A DNA stretch of 64,000 nucleotides, taken from the IMG/VR virus record IMGVR_UViG_3300050119_000072, positions 1 through 64,000 of that record, one strand, 5' to 3'. Made by a program: the position numbers and the translations under genes. The notes beneath the pieces are model-generated. The model was not told the origin of the DNA and did not search any database. It saw only the letters and a program-made list of their open reading frames with translations. This stretch comes from a virus. Positions 9,472 to 18,910 of the stretch are shown here, one piece after another. The stretch's first letter is position 1; every line of letters starts with the position of its first letter.

Positions 9472-9804
9472 TCATCCTGCGTTCATGATCGTGGCGATCT
9501 GGCTCAACGCTCTCGGCCGGTACTTAACGGCGCTCCGGCCGGAGCGGTTCTTGTGGCGCTCGTGGGTGCGCTCGATCATCTCGGCGCGCTCCAATTCGGT
9601 CAGGCGACGATTGACCGCGACATGGTCGATGCCAATCTTGTCGCCGATCTGCTCGGCGGCGAGAGGCGCAGCAGACGCATTCAATGCCCCCATGATCGCC
9701 GCATGGTGGCGCGCGGCGAGATCGTGGGCGCGCTGCGCTGCCTCTTTCGAGGTGGCTGGGTCATGCCGCCGCGCGGCTTTCTCGTAGTCGAATAGGTCAG
9801 TCAC
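9472..9804 (-). CDS. Winged-HTH (MarR-like) DNA-binding protein
   Basis: ARRHDPATSKEAA, AEQIG...VNRRLTELER...R...SGR. Confidence 0.75.
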   Translation of the reverse strand: MTDLFDYEKAARRHDPATSKEAAQRAHDLAARHHAAIMGALNASAAPLAAEQIGDKIGIDHVAVNRRLTELERAEMIERTHERHKNRSGRSAVKYRPRALSQIATIMNAG

Positions 9805-10081
9805 CGGCCAAGGCCTCCAAGAACGTGCGCCCGGCTTCGGTCAGGTCGTAGCGCTCGCCGCGATTGAGCAAGCCAAGCTCGATCGCCTGTTGCTCAAGCC
9901 GTTCGATGACCTCCGGAGGCCTCTGATCCCGCCCGCGGCAACGGCGCAGGGTGCCGGCAATGGCCTGCGACTTGTACCTGATCGAGCACTGTCGATCGAG
10001 GCAGGCGTCGCGCGCGGCGAGCATCGCGGCGGAAACGGTCACTCCGCAGCGCTCGCATTTGATTTTAACGCCGGTGTTCAT
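9797..10081 (-). CDS. Hypothetical protein (Zn ribbon plus LTEAGR wing)
   Basis: CERC...C...C; YDLTEAGR. Confidence 0.6.
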   Translation of the reverse strand: MNTGVKIKCERCGVTVSAAMLAARDACLDRQCSIRYKSQAIAGTLRRCRGRDQRPPEVIERLEQQAIELGLLNRGERYDLTEAGRTFLEALAGD

Positions 10082-10461
10082 GTTACCCCCATGGCCTTGG
10101 CGATGAATCTCTCGCTCACCTTCGGCTCTTTCGTCTCGCCGAGGATGAATTGCACGTCGATCACATCGCCGTCTTTCAGGTCGGCCCAGTGCTCGATGAT
10201 GTATCGGTGCGCGACGGCATAGGTGCGATCACTCCAAAAATACGAATCGTTCGAGCAGGCCATGCCGTCACAGGATAAGTGTGTGATGGCAATGTTCGGT
10301 TCGCCGTCGCAAGGGTAGCCGCAGCGGCGCAGTAGATAGCGCTGTGCGCCGGGGTCGGCCTTGGTGCCGTATGGCGATTCGGGGATCGTCGGGTTCATGT
10401 CCACGCACAGGAGCGGAATGAACGTGCCCTCGTCGCGCAGCTCCAGGAGTTTGACTTTCAT
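10078..10461 (-). CDS. Conserved phage hypothetical protein
   Basis: KLLELRD.GTFIP...W..RT...AH.YI..HW..L.DGDVIDVQFILGE. Confidence 0.75.
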   Translation of the reverse strand: MKVKLLELRDEGTFIPLLCVDMNPTIPESPYGTKADPGAQRYLLRRCGYPCDGEPNIAITHLSCDGMACSNDSYFWSDRTYAVAHRYIIEHWADLKDGDVIDVQFILGETKEPKVSERFIAKAMGVT

Positions 10462-10712
10462 GTGGCCCCTCCTGTCGTCGGCTCGCGCCAGATCGCGGCG
10501 CCGCCCGTCTTAAAATGGAACTGCATGCACATCCCGCACCTGCACCTGACCGGCGCGATCGCGCCAGGATCAGGGTAAGTCTCGTGGCAGGATGGGCACT
10601 CGACGATGCGCACCACGGCCATCATGCCGGGCACGAATTGCGACGGGCGCTCGCTGATTTTGAAGATGGAGCCGTAAGAGACCTCGTCGGCGTAGTCGGG
10701 GACCTCGGCCAT
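10458..10712 (-). CDS. Small zinc-ribbon protein
   Basis: CPSC...CRCG; TAATG coupling. Confidence 0.55.
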   Translation of the reverse strand: MAEVPDYADEVSYGSIFKISERPSQFVPGMMAVVRIVECPSCHETYPDPGAIAPVRCRCGMCMQFHFKTGGAAIWREPTTGGAT

Positions 10713-10960
10713 TACCGCGCTCCCTTGGCCAACTGGCTGTTGACGTAGGCGAGAGCATTCTGCTCGACTTTTACTGACTCGCGAAAGGTATCGTCCAATC
10801 GGCACTGGGCCAGATCGAGCAGAACCTCAACGTCACTGATGGCGTCGACCGGGTCGCGCTGATCTAGCGCGCAGATGGCCGTTTTTAGCCACGTCGATGC
10901 GGCCCGATCATCCATAATCGCGTTGCGTTGAGCCTTGTAGGCTTCGGTGAATTGCGCCAT
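10712..10960 (-). CDS. Conserved phage hypothetical protein
   Basis: DRAASTWLK.A......RDPVDA..D.E.L motif. Confidence 0.7.
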   Translation of the reverse strand: MAQFTEAYKAQRNAIMDDRAASTWLKTAICALDQRDPVDAISDVEVLLDLAQCRLDDTFRESVKVEQNALAYVNSQLAKGAR

Positions 10961-10961
10961 T

Positions 10962-11309
10962 TTAACACCCCATCCTGCGTTCAGCTTCTTCCTCGGCGCG
11001 GCAATAATCTTCCGCGTCCTGCTGCTGGCGAAGCTCGCGGCGCTGCGCTTTGGTCATCTTGGAGTGGTCGGCAACCTGGACTTTCCCGCTGCCGTCGCAG
11101 GCGCCACAGGTACGGTCGTAGCCGCCGCTGATGTATTCCTCGAAGAACTCTGGACCCTGCTGGTCCATTTCGTCCTGCGTATAGGCGCCGAGGTATGCGC
11201 TGGATTTTCCGTGTCCATCGCAAGCTGAGCAGATCACCCATTTGGACGGTAGCGCGACTTCGCTGCCGTCGTCGCAAAAGAGGATTGGTGCCTTCGTCCC
11301 CGGTCTCAT
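10962..11309 (-). CDS. DnaJ-type zinc finger protein
   Basis: CSACDGHG and CGACDGSG; AAGGGGG SD; first gene of leftward arm. Confidence 0.75.
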   Translation of the reverse strand: MRPGTKAPILFCDDGSEVALPSKWVICSACDGHGKSSAYLGAYTQDEMDQQGPEFFEEYISGGYDRTCGACDGSGKVQVADHSKMTKAQRRELRQQQDAEDYCRAEEEAERRMGC

Positions 11310-11334
11310 GGTTTCCCCCTTGTGACTCGGTGCA

Positions 11335-11465
11335 CCATGCACATAGGGCGCGGGTCAACCCCGTCAAGTGAATAATTACGCCGCGCGGAATTATCTTGTG
11401 ATGGGTCAGCTATGCTGTCCTATTATCCCTTGATTTTTGATTGCGGGGCCTGTAACTAGCGAATC
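11335..11465. promoter_or_regulatory. Divergent early control region with palindromic operator candidate
   Basis: AT-rich gap between divergent arms; ATAATT-ACGC-CGC-GCGG-AATTAT inverted repeat at about 11372-11394; two minus-strand TTGAC boxes. Confidence 0.6.
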
Positions 11466-11693
11466 ATGGCAAAAACACCATCCACGGGCAAACTCATCAT
11501 TGCGCTGCGCGACAAGAAAAAGCTCAATCAAAAGGCCTTTGCGAAGCGCCTTGGCATCAGCGCGGCCAACCTGTGCCGGCTGGAAAACGACCAGCAGGCG
11601 GTATCGGCACCGCTGATGCGCAAATTCATGCGCATGGGCCTGTCCGCCGCTGATCTTCTTCGCGAACCGCCGTCCCGCACCAAAGCGGCCTGA
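11466..11693 (+). CDS. XRE-family HTH regulator (Cro-like)
   Basis: LRDKKKLNQKAFAKRLGISAANLCRLEND. Confidence 0.88.
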   Translation: MAKTPSTGKLIIALRDKKKLNQKAFAKRLGISAANLCRLENDQQAVSAPLMRKFMRMGLSAADLLREPPSRTKAA

Positions 11694-11713
11694 TCCCACT
11701 CCAAAGGGCACCC

Positions 11714-12091
11714 ATGACACTTCCAGGAAGTACGTGGAAACCGTTGACGGACGAGGATCGGAAGTCGCGCCTGGATGCGGCGTTCGATATCGTGTGCACC
11801 GCTGCGGCCGCTGGCCATCGCTGTCCACAGAATGGCGAGCATGGTCTGGCCTCTGGCGCGCTGCCTGAACTCGCGCGCGCCGGCCGGATCAAAATCTATA
11901 TCTACCCGCACAATTACCGAGTGATTTTAATCCTCGAAGGGCCGCACCGCGGCTGCCGCACTGCTGACGCTCCAACGGGCCGTCATCCCTGGAAACTCAT
12001 CGACAAAAACGGCACCCGCGTCAACGGGGCCTTGAAAACTCCTGCGTCACGATCGATCCCGTCACTCGCCAAGATCACTGCGTTCGATTAA
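11714..12091 (+). CDS. Hypothetical protein
   Basis: 125 aa, RCP.N...L...GRI...Y.HNYRVI.I..G.H.G..TA. Confidence 0.7.
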   Translation: MTLPGSTWKPLTDEDRKSRLDAAFDIVCTAAAAGHRCPQNGEHGLASGALPELARAGRIKIYIYPHNYRVILILEGPHRGCRTADAPTGRHPWKLIDKNGTRVNGALKTPASRSIPSLAKITAFD

Positions 12092-12103
12092 CAGTAAGGG
12101 AGA

Positions 12104-12853
12104 ATGGCAATGACCGCTTTAATCTTGCAAACGCGCCTGTCGTTACGCTTCGGTTTAGTCTGGGTCATCGAGGCGATTGCTCTCTTGCTTTGGTTGGCTG
12201 TGGTTTTTATCGTCAGTGCGATCGTGTTGCTGGTGTGGCAAACCTCTGTGTTCGCCGCGCCGAGGCACCCGCAGTTATCCGCGCAATCGTCTTATACTTT
12301 TGATGGGGACCGGTATGTTTGGTCCAGCAGCTCCGCCGCCGCCACCGCCGCAACGGGCTCGTCGGCGAAGCGTGCCGCGCGTCGTTCATCCTCCCGAGTT
12401 GGACAAGCCCGGGGTGGTGAGCGGCGCGCGGCCGCGCGGGATGGCTACGTCACGATCGACACAGCGGCCGGCATCGCCATCACCGTTGCATCCGAATTTG
12501 CCCCGAAAATTCAAGGGTTTATAGCCGATGTGGTCGCGAGCGGGTATCACCCGAAGAAAATCCACTGCGCTGCCGGTGGTGGCCATGTGGCCCACTCGCT
12601 GCACTACGTCGGCCGGGCCTGCGATTTCGACCAACGGGGGTGGGGGCTGACGGCGCGCTTCATGTACCACGTCAGCGCACTCGCCGAAAAATGGGGTCTG
12701 CGAGACGGCAAGGAATTTGCCGACTCCGGCCACATCGACGATGGCCCGCACCTCAACCGGCATGCGCGCATCGCGGCGATCAAGGCGACACCGTTCTATG
12801 GCGCGACGTCGCTTTACCACGACAAGCACAACATTCGCGTCAGCCGCCAATGA
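12104..12853 (+). CDS. Membrane-anchored/secreted M15-family (LAS) zinc peptidase
   Basis: N-terminal hydrophobic helix; SLHYVGRACDF (SxHxxGxAxD) and distal DSGH. Confidence 0.75.
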   Translation: MAMTALILQTRLSLRFGLVWVIEAIALLLWLAVVFIVSAIVLLVWQTSVFAAPRHPQLSAQSSYTFDGDRYVWSSSSAAATAATGSSAKRAARRSSSRVGQARGGERRAAARDGYVTIDTAAGIAITVASEFAPKIQGFIADVVASGYHPKKIHCAAGGGHVAHSLHYVGRACDFDQRGWGLTARFMYHVSALAEKWGLRDGKEFADSGHIDDGPHLNRHARIAAIKATPFYGATSLYHDKHNIRVSRQ

Positions 12854-13260
12854 CCCGCCGCACCGCCGGCCCGTGGCGCCCGTTGCCGCCGCGCCCGTTT
12901 CTCGGGCGCATCATCCTGGTTGGTTTGGCGGTGGTGATCGGCGCCTCCGCGCTTTGCATTTTCGCCCCGCGTGCGCGCGCGGAGTGCAACGCAAACCTCA
13001 TGAAAATCCTTGCCTACGAGCACTCCAAGGACATGGCGCGGCGCAACAGCCTCGACCATGCTGGGTTCGAGGCGCGCGCGCGGCGAGGTGCCAGGGCCGA
13101 GAACGTGGCCTATGGGTATAAAACCCTTGAGGGCACCATGGAGCAATGGCGCAGGTCCCCGCCGCACGCGGCCAATCTCGCGCTACCAGGATGCCGTGGT
13201 GTTGCGTCGGCGCGGTCCGCCAGCGGGCGAATTTTTTGGACTCTCGAAATAGGTGAGTAG
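12850..13260 (+). CDS. Secreted CAP/SCP-domain protein
   Basis: Signal-like helix; HSKDMA...LDH, AENVA, W..SPPHAANL. Confidence 0.85.
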   Translation: MTRRTAGPWRPLPPRPFLGRIILVGLAVVIGASALCIFAPRARAECNANLMKILAYEHSKDMARRNSLDHAGFEARARRGARAENVAYGYKTLEGTMEQWRRSPPHAANLALPGCRGVASARSASGRIFWTLEIGE

Positions 13261-13373
13261 GGCCTTGTGGATTTCGGGGAAAATCCCGTAGCTTTGTTTT
13301 TTACCGAGTCTGTCTTGTCGTGCGTCCTGTACCCTGCGTTCGTGCAACCGACCTTCCTACAGGAATGCGTGCA

Positions 13374-14180
13374 ATGAGCCTTCCGCGAATGTCTCTCCAC
13401 ATCGGAGATTATCGCAAGGACACCGGCCATCTGCGGGCCGCACTGCACGGCGCCTACCTCTTGCTCATCATGCACTACTGGGCGACCGGCGGCCTGCCGG
13501 CCGATGATTATCAACTTGCCTCCATCGCCTGCATGTCTGACGCGGAATGGAGGCGCGCAAAGCCCATAATACAAGGGTTTTTCGGGCCAGACTGGAAGCA
13601 TAAACGGATCGAGACCGAGATCGCGGCGGCCACGGCAAAATACCAAAAGCGTGTTGCCGCCGGCAAGAAAGGGGGTCAGCAGAAGTCTAGCAATGCTACA
13701 GCAAAGGCCAAGCAACCAATAACCCTAACCAATAGCAAGAGCGAAGATGGTGGTGGTGGGGCGCGCGCGCGCGAGGCTGTGCCGGGTTCCTCTAGCTTAA
13801 TCTCGAATGAAGCTATGGCGTTGGCCGACGATCTTGCGGTTGTAGCTGGGCACGATCCTAAATTCGTCCCCCCCGCATGGTGCGGCGCACCGATGCGTGT
13901 GCAGATGTGGCTCGATCGAGGTTGGACCCGCGAGGTAATTTTGATCGCCGCCAAGGGTGCGATGAGCGCCAAGCGAGACGGCTCTCCATCCACCGTAAAT
14001 TATTTCGAGAAGCCGATCTCGCGGATGGTCGCGCAGCAATCAATTCCAATCGCAACCGTGGAGGCACTAAATGGAGCACCTGCAATACGTCCAGCAAAAC
14101 AAGCCGGATGGCAGCAGCGCAGAGACGACTGGTTTGATGCTCTCGGAGAGCTCGGTGAGCACAACGCAGCAAACGGATAG
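13374..14180 (+). CDS. DUF1376/YdaU-family replication initiator
   Basis: M.LHIGDY.KDT.HL....HGAY.LLIMHYW..G.LP.DD..LA.IA, W.HKRI..EI. Confidence 0.9.
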   Translation: MSLPRMSLHIGDYRKDTGHLRAALHGAYLLLIMHYWATGGLPADDYQLASIACMSDAEWRRAKPIIQGFFGPDWKHKRIETEIAAATAKYQKRVAAGKKGGQQKSSNATAKAKQPITLTNSKSEDGGGGARAREAVPGSSSLISNEAMALADDLAVVAGHDPKFVPPAWCGAPMRVQMWLDRGWTREVILIAAKGAMSAKRDGSPSTVNYFEKPISRMVAQQSIPIATVEALNGAPAIRPAKQAGWQQRRDDWFDALGELGEHNAANG

Positions 14181-14697
14181 TCCGCAGGTGCGCCGCGCTA
14201 AACTGGCGACGCAAGCCCTATTCAAATTGTTGCCGCCTCAGACCTTCGGCGACGCGCGTGCTTTTCTAGCAGCGACGACGGCAATCTTTTCTACTTATCC
14301 GTTGGGGGTCATGCGCGCCGCGATCGTAGAGATCGCCGTGCGCACGGAGCGGCCGAGTCTGAAGGTTATCAAGGAAGTGTGTGAGGAAATTTACGAGCCG
14401 ATTCGGCACCAGGAATGGCGCGCGCAGGTCGCACTTGACATCAAGCGGTCCCTAGCCCCACCGCGGCATCCGCGCACGCCGGAACAGCAAGCCGCAATCG
14501 ACGCCCAGGTCGAGGCGGCACGGCGCCAACTCGGCATCCAAGCGGGTGGGATGGGCCCCAAGGCGGTGCTCATGCCGCCATCGGCTGACGCGCCCTATTC
14601 CTCGCGCATTCCGCGGCCGGATGACGGCAAGCACGCGCAGCGCATCGCTGCGGATTGTGCAGCGCGGGCGGCGCGAAATGCGGTGCTGTCGGCATAG
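14071..14697 (+). CDS. Hypothetical protein (possible helicase loader; start uncertain)
   Basis: Overlaps initiator 3' end; F..YP...PS...I...C motif. Confidence 0.6.
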   Translation: MEHLQYVQQNKPDGSSAETTGLMLSESSVSTTQQTDSPQVRRAKLATQALFKLLPPQTFGDARAFLAATTAIFSTYPLGVMRAAIVEIAVRTERPSLKVIKEVCEEIYEPIRHQEWRAQVALDIKRSLAPPRHPRTPEQQAAIDAQVEAARRQLGIQAGGMGPKAVLMPPSADAPYSSRIPRPDDGKHAQRIAADCAARAARNAVLSA

Positions 14698-14783
14698 CCG
14701 GTTCCGGCTTTACCATGTCATTGATATAGCACTAGATTTTTAGTCTCAAATCAGGCATATCGACCTTCGCAACCGGGGGTCGG

Positions 14784-14987
14784 ATGCCGGCGAATACGCT
14801 CTCAGAATTTGAAGACTTGCAGCCCGGCGATGAGGTCACCCTCACCGCGCGCATCGCGTATCCCAGCATCAAAAACGACCCGACTGTCTGCGGCGAGTGG
14901 CTCAACGTCACCATCGGCGCAAAGGGGTTTTTTCATAGGTTGTGGGTACACCGCAGCATTATCCCATCGCGGAAGGCTGCATCATGA
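14784..14987 (+). CDS. Small hypothetical protein
   Basis: LQPGDEVTL beta-barrel-like start. Confidence 0.55.
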   Translation: MPANTLSEFEDLQPGDEVTLTARIAYPSIKNDPTVCGEWLNVTIGAKGFFHRLWVHRSIIPSRKAAS

Positions 14988-15047
14988 AATTCTACAGGTA
15001 ATCCAGTCTATTATCTCGCCGTTGTACCTGCAATGTTGTGAGGGAGT

Positions 15048-15884
15048 ATGCTGGTGGCTGGACGTCCGAGAGAGAACGGCGCGCGCTATCCCAGCGGGAA
15101 GCTGCGCCCGCGCAAAACATCAAAGCCCGACATCGAGCCGATATCGCCGGCGCTGTGGGGGCGCATCAAGACGCACGGCAAGCAACTCTGCCTCGATCCT
15201 CGTCTCTCCACCGAACTCGGGCGCCTCGCCCTCCACGGTGAGCTGACAGCGGCCATGGTGGTCGCTGGATTTCGGGTGGCGGAGATTTACGGGCGCTACG
15301 AGGGCTTCAAGCGCCTGCGCCGATCGCCGAAAAGCCCATCGTACAACGCCAGTTACGGCGAGGCCGGCGTCGCCGAGGAATTGCTCGGAGCGCAGCAGAT
15401 CGAAGACCTCGAGCGCAGAATCCGTGAGGCGACGCGGTCAGTCGAGTTGCTCGAAGCCGAGATACCGCACAATTTGCGCGGGCCCGTCCAGGACCTGTGC
15501 GTCTCCAGTCAGCCAATAAGCCCAGCGATTTATGAGGATATCCGGCAATTGCTCCAGCGCCTGGCGATTGGCTGGCACTTGCACGGCGCGCCGCGGGGAG
15601 ACGCCGCGACCCCAGGGCGCAACGGGCGGCACGGGCCGGCGCTACATTTCAACAAGCACGAAGAGGCGCCGGAGGCGGTCACAGTGGCGATCCCCACACC
15701 GGAAAGCCCCAAAAAACCCAATTACGACCGCATTTATTTCATTGAGATCCTATGCCGGGAAAACCCTCAGATCGATAGCCGCCGAGCGGCCGAGCTCTAC
15801 GACGAGACGCAGGCGCGCAAGCAGCGAGAACTCTTTAGGGCGGCGAAGGCGAAGCGGTCGATCGTCGCGTTGCGCGCTCAGTGA
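15048..15884 (+). CDS. Putative late transcription regulator
   Basis: R.PSGKL, LGRL.L.G.LT....AG...A..Y pattern; position between replication and late genes. Confidence 0.55.
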   Translation: MLVAGRPRENGARYPSGKLRPRKTSKPDIEPISPALWGRIKTHGKQLCLDPRLSTELGRLALHGELTAAMVVAGFRVAEIYGRYEGFKRLRRSPKSPSYNASYGEAGVAEELLGAQQIEDLERRIREATRSVELLEAEIPHNLRGPVQDLCVSSQPISPAIYEDIRQLLQRLAIGWHLHGAPRGDAATPGRNGRHGPALHFNKHEEAPEAVTVAIPTPESPKKPNYDRIYFIEILCRENPQIDSRRAAELYDETQARKQRELFRAAKAKRSIVALRAQ

Positions 15885-16128
15885 GCGCATTTCGGAAGGC
15901 GTGCGCGGAATAGTTTTCGGAATAAAAATCCCCCTTTCAATTCCCAAAATCTATTGATGGGCCAATCTGTTCGGAATTCAGTAACCACGTCGGCGGTCAC
16001 CGCTTGCCTCGCGCGCGCGAAAGTTCGATTACCGAAATGCAGGATGGTCGTGGTGTGCTGCGTTATCGCCGCCCAGACCATCTAACCCCTTAACGCCACA
16101 GCAATTATTTCGGCCGAGAACGGCACCC

Positions 16129-16599
16129 ATGTCCGGCCGCGTTAGGTGGTTCCGCGACGGAGAGCTCGTTGTCGGCCACCGCAAGACCGATCGCAGAAAC
16201 AAGGCGCGGCGGCCGATCGCCGAGCGCTTGCGCGAGATCAATCTCCGCTCGATCGACAAGGCCGCGGCTCCGGATGCGCCGGCGGTGCGCATGGCCTTCC
16301 TCCTGCCCGCCAGCCTTCAAGGCTTTGTCGCGTCCGGTCAGCACGGCATCGGGGTGACCGTCATGGCGCGCGGCTTTGTGCAGGTGCGCGGCCACTCCGC
16401 CGAGCAATGCTTTGGCCTGGCGCGCGACTTTTTGGGCGGCGTCGCCCGCGATCGCCCGGCTTTCACCGCCTACGCCAGCCTCATGTCCTGCCGGGACCCG
16501 GACAGGTCTTTCGGCCGCCACCTGACGGTGGTGTCCGGCGCCCTGGTGGTCTCGGCCGGCTATGCCCAGCCCAAGGTGTTCGAGGCGCGCACCACATGA
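16129..16599 (+). CDS. Hypothetical protein
   Basis: 156 aa, high GC3, ATGA-coupled to next. Confidence 0.55.
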   Translation: MSGRVRWFRDGELVVGHRKTDRRNKARRPIAERLREINLRSIDKAAAPDAPAVRMAFLLPASLQGFVASGQHGIGVTVMARGFVQVRGHSAEQCFGLARDFLGGVARDRPAFTAYASLMSCRDPDRSFGRHLTVVSGALVVSAGYAQPKVFEARTT

Positions 16600-16847
16600 A
16601 CGGCCTGGATCTTCGAACGATTGCCCACGACCTGCGGGAGGCGGCTGGCCGCGTCGAGCGCTTGCCGGCGCCGAGCGCGCGGGACCCAGAGGCCTTCCAT
16701 ATTGGCCGGTCCGAGCGCGGCAAGGAGCTTCGCGACATCGCCCGGCGCCTATGGCCGGAGCCGGTCCAGACCACCACCGGGACCGCGGCAACCCGCCGCT
16801 CATTCGCGCCTGCAGCCGGGCTCCCCCGGTCGCCACGTCGCAAGTAG
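16596..16847 (+). CDS. Hypothetical protein
   Basis: Start MNGLDL; RL..PS.RDPEAFH..RSE. Confidence 0.6.
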   Translation: MNGLDLRTIAHDLREAAGRVERLPAPSARDPEAFHIGRSERGKELRDIARRLWPEPVQTTTGTAATRRSFAPAAGLPRSPRRK

Positions 16848-16857
16848 GGAGGGCAGC

Positions 16858-17187
16858 ATGACCAGTCTCGCTCGCAAGAGGGGCACACCGCGCCCGGCCG
16901 GAAGCTACCGCGCCGCTCGCCGCAACGGAGCCCGGGACATCGCCCGGCCGCTTCGTCCGGCAGGTGTCCCACGGCAGGCATGGCGCTTCTGGCAGGGGGT
17001 GACGCCGAACAAGCGCATCGACCCCACGGTGCGCATGCGCAAGGTGGTCTGGCTCAACGACGCATCAGGCAAGCCGGTCCCCGTCAGGACGCCAAGAGCG
17101 CCGGCAAAGTGCTATCCGGCAGGATGGCTGACCATGGCCGAGCGCAGGCAGGCAGCGGAGCGTTACGCTGTCACGGGCGCCCTGTAA
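16858..17187 (+). CDS. Hypothetical basic protein
   Basis: GGAGGG SD. Confidence 0.55.
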   Translation: MTSLARKRGTPRPAGSYRAARRNGARDIARPLRPAGVPRQAWRFWQGVTPNKRIDPTVRMRKVVWLNDASGKPVPVRTPRAPAKCYPAGWLTMAERRQAAERYAVTGAL

Positions 17188-17291
17188 CGCACAACGCCTT
17201 AACCGGGGAGAAAGCATAACCGGGCCACATAGGCGCGTCGGGGACTTATGGCACACTTGACCCCCCCTAATCGGGCAGTGCGGACGGCGGA

Positions 17292-17546
17292 ATGACCCCA
17301 GATACGTCAAAACAGTCTCTCGCCGCGGCGAAAAAACCGAAATTGGCGGCGTCGACGGACCTGCACGAAATCAAGCGGGCCGATAGCATCACGGTGACGC
17401 TGTCCGACCCGGTCAAGGACGGCCGGATTCGCATCAGCATCGCGTCGTTGGATGGCCAGCCTGTGATCGACAAGGACGAGCGGCTGGTGATCCGTCCGGA
17501 GCGCGGGCAGATCGTGCTCTACCGGCAGACGAAGGCCAAGAAATGA
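17292..17546 (+). CDS. Hypothetical protein
   Basis: 84 aa; TTGACC promoter-like box upstream. Confidence 0.6.
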   Translation: MTPDTSKQSLAAAKKPKLAASTDLHEIKRADSITVTLSDPVKDGRIRISIASLDGQPVIDKDERLVIRPERGQIVLYRQTKAKK

Positions 17547-17902
17547 AGCGCGATGACGCCATTGCGCTCGCCCGCGCGGCTCTCAAGCGCGAGCACGTTC
17601 CGTTCGAGGCCACCGATCAGTTTGGCCACCAGGCGCTTGCCCTGCTGGACGCGCTCGAAGCGCTCGGGGTGCTCAAGTTTGACGAGGCGCGCGCCGCGCC
17701 ACCCTTTCAGCCCTACATCGGGCTTGTGCACGGGGACGAAAAGCCGACCACGTCGTCCGATGTGCTCAGCGATCTCATGCTCGGGCCGCGCCAGTACGAA
17801 CTAACCGGGAAGCGCTACTGGATTCTCGACCGCGTCGACGCGTGGCAGATCGTGAAGGCGCTGGAAGACGCAGGCTTCAAGATTGTTCGAACGGAGACAT
17901 GA
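17543..17902 (+). CDS. Hypothetical protein
   Basis: ATGA overlaps both sides. Confidence 0.6.
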   Translation: MKRDDAIALARAALKREHVPFEATDQFGHQALALLDALEALGVLKFDEARAAPPFQPYIGLVHGDEKPTTSSDVLSDLMLGPRQYELTGKRYWILDRVDAWQIVKALEDAGFKIVRTET

Positions 17903-18039
17903 CGGTGGACCCCACCCCCATCCAATCGTGCTACTTCGTCATCGTCAGCCCGGGCACGCTGATGACGGGGCTGGGCGGCCTGCTCGCCCTGTTCCTGTTC
18001 GCCTTTGTGGGCATGCTCATCACGGGGAGACACCGGTAA
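17899..18039 (+). CDS. Small membrane protein
   Basis: GGAG SD; GLGGLLALFLFAFVGMLI helix. Confidence 0.6.
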   Translation: MTVDPTPIQSCYFVIVSPGTLMTGLGGLLALFLFAFVGMLITGRHR

Positions 18040-18375
18040 GTGGCTGATATTCAAGCTCAAATCCGCGAAGAACTGGCTGGCGTCGCCCGCCGCTTCGTGC
18101 AGATCGAGACCCTCGACTATGCCGAGATCATGGCTGCGGTAGGCCGGGTCCAGGCGCTCGCGCGCCAATTGCCCGACGCGCCGACACCGGAAACGGCACC
18201 GACTGCTGCCGCTGACGGGGCGCCAGCGCCGCAATCCGTTGCGCCTGCCGCCGCGGGCGCGCCGCTGACGCTCACCCAGCACATCGAAAACCTCGAGCAC
18301 CTGGTCGCTGACGACCTGTGGACGCTGGCAGCCGCCGCCAAGCGCGCCGCGCGCGCCGCGGTCGCGAAGGTCTGA
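18040..18375 (+). CDS. Hypothetical protein
   Basis: 111 aa with Ala/Pro linker. Confidence 0.6.
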   Translation: MADIQAQIREELAGVARRFVQIETLDYAEIMAAVGRVQALARQLPDAPTPETAPTAAADGAPAPQSVAPAAAGAPLTLTQHIENLEHLVADDLWTLAAAAKRAARAAVAKV

Positions 18376-18377
18376 CC

Positions 18378-18737
18378 ATGCGGGTGGTGATCTCGGGGAT
18401 CGGCGATCACCTAGGCACCGGTGGCCAACCGGTCTCCGCCGGCACGCGCCTCATGCTGGTGGACGACCCCGCCAAAGGCGTTAAAAACCGCTGCTTTCTC
18501 ATAGACTTATCCAAGGTTCCTGGGGATTTGGTTGATCCTGCCATCGTGCAGGTCCAGTGGGGGCTGCTCGGCCGCAACGGCGAGCAGCGCCCAGGCGGCA
18601 CCATCACCCGCCGGGACGGCGGCCGGCAGGTCTTCTTCGACGCCACCATCCTCAAGCCCTACCTCGACGCGTGGCACGCGCGCGCCGCCGAGCTCGCCGC
18701 GGCCGCACCCGTCGAAGCGCACCGGGCCGAGCCATGA
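18378..18737 (+). CDS. Hypothetical protein
   Basis: DPAIVQVQW...G.I...ILKPYLDAW. Confidence 0.6.
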   Translation: MRVVISGIGDHLGTGGQPVSAGTRLMLVDDPAKGVKNRCFLIDLSKVPGDLVDPAIVQVQWGLLGRNGEQRPGGTITRRDGGRQVFFDATILKPYLDAWHARAAELAAAAPVEAHRAEP

Positions 18738-18910
18738 CCGACCACGTCATCAGCCGCACCGTCGGCCACGTCATCCCCCGACAGGACCAGCGCTGGCGCA
18801 TTGACGACGGCCCACCGCGCTACGAGACTTTCGAAGAGGCGATTCGCGCGCTGCCGCCCGAGTCGGTCGAGCGCTTCGGCCCGCGGTGCCCGTATCCCAA
18901 GGGCGTGTGA
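18734..18910 (+). CDS. Small hypothetical protein
   Basis: ATGA overlap. Confidence 0.45.
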   Translation: MTDHVISRTVGHVIPRQDQRWRIDDGPPRYETFEEAIRALPPESVERFGPRCPYPKGV

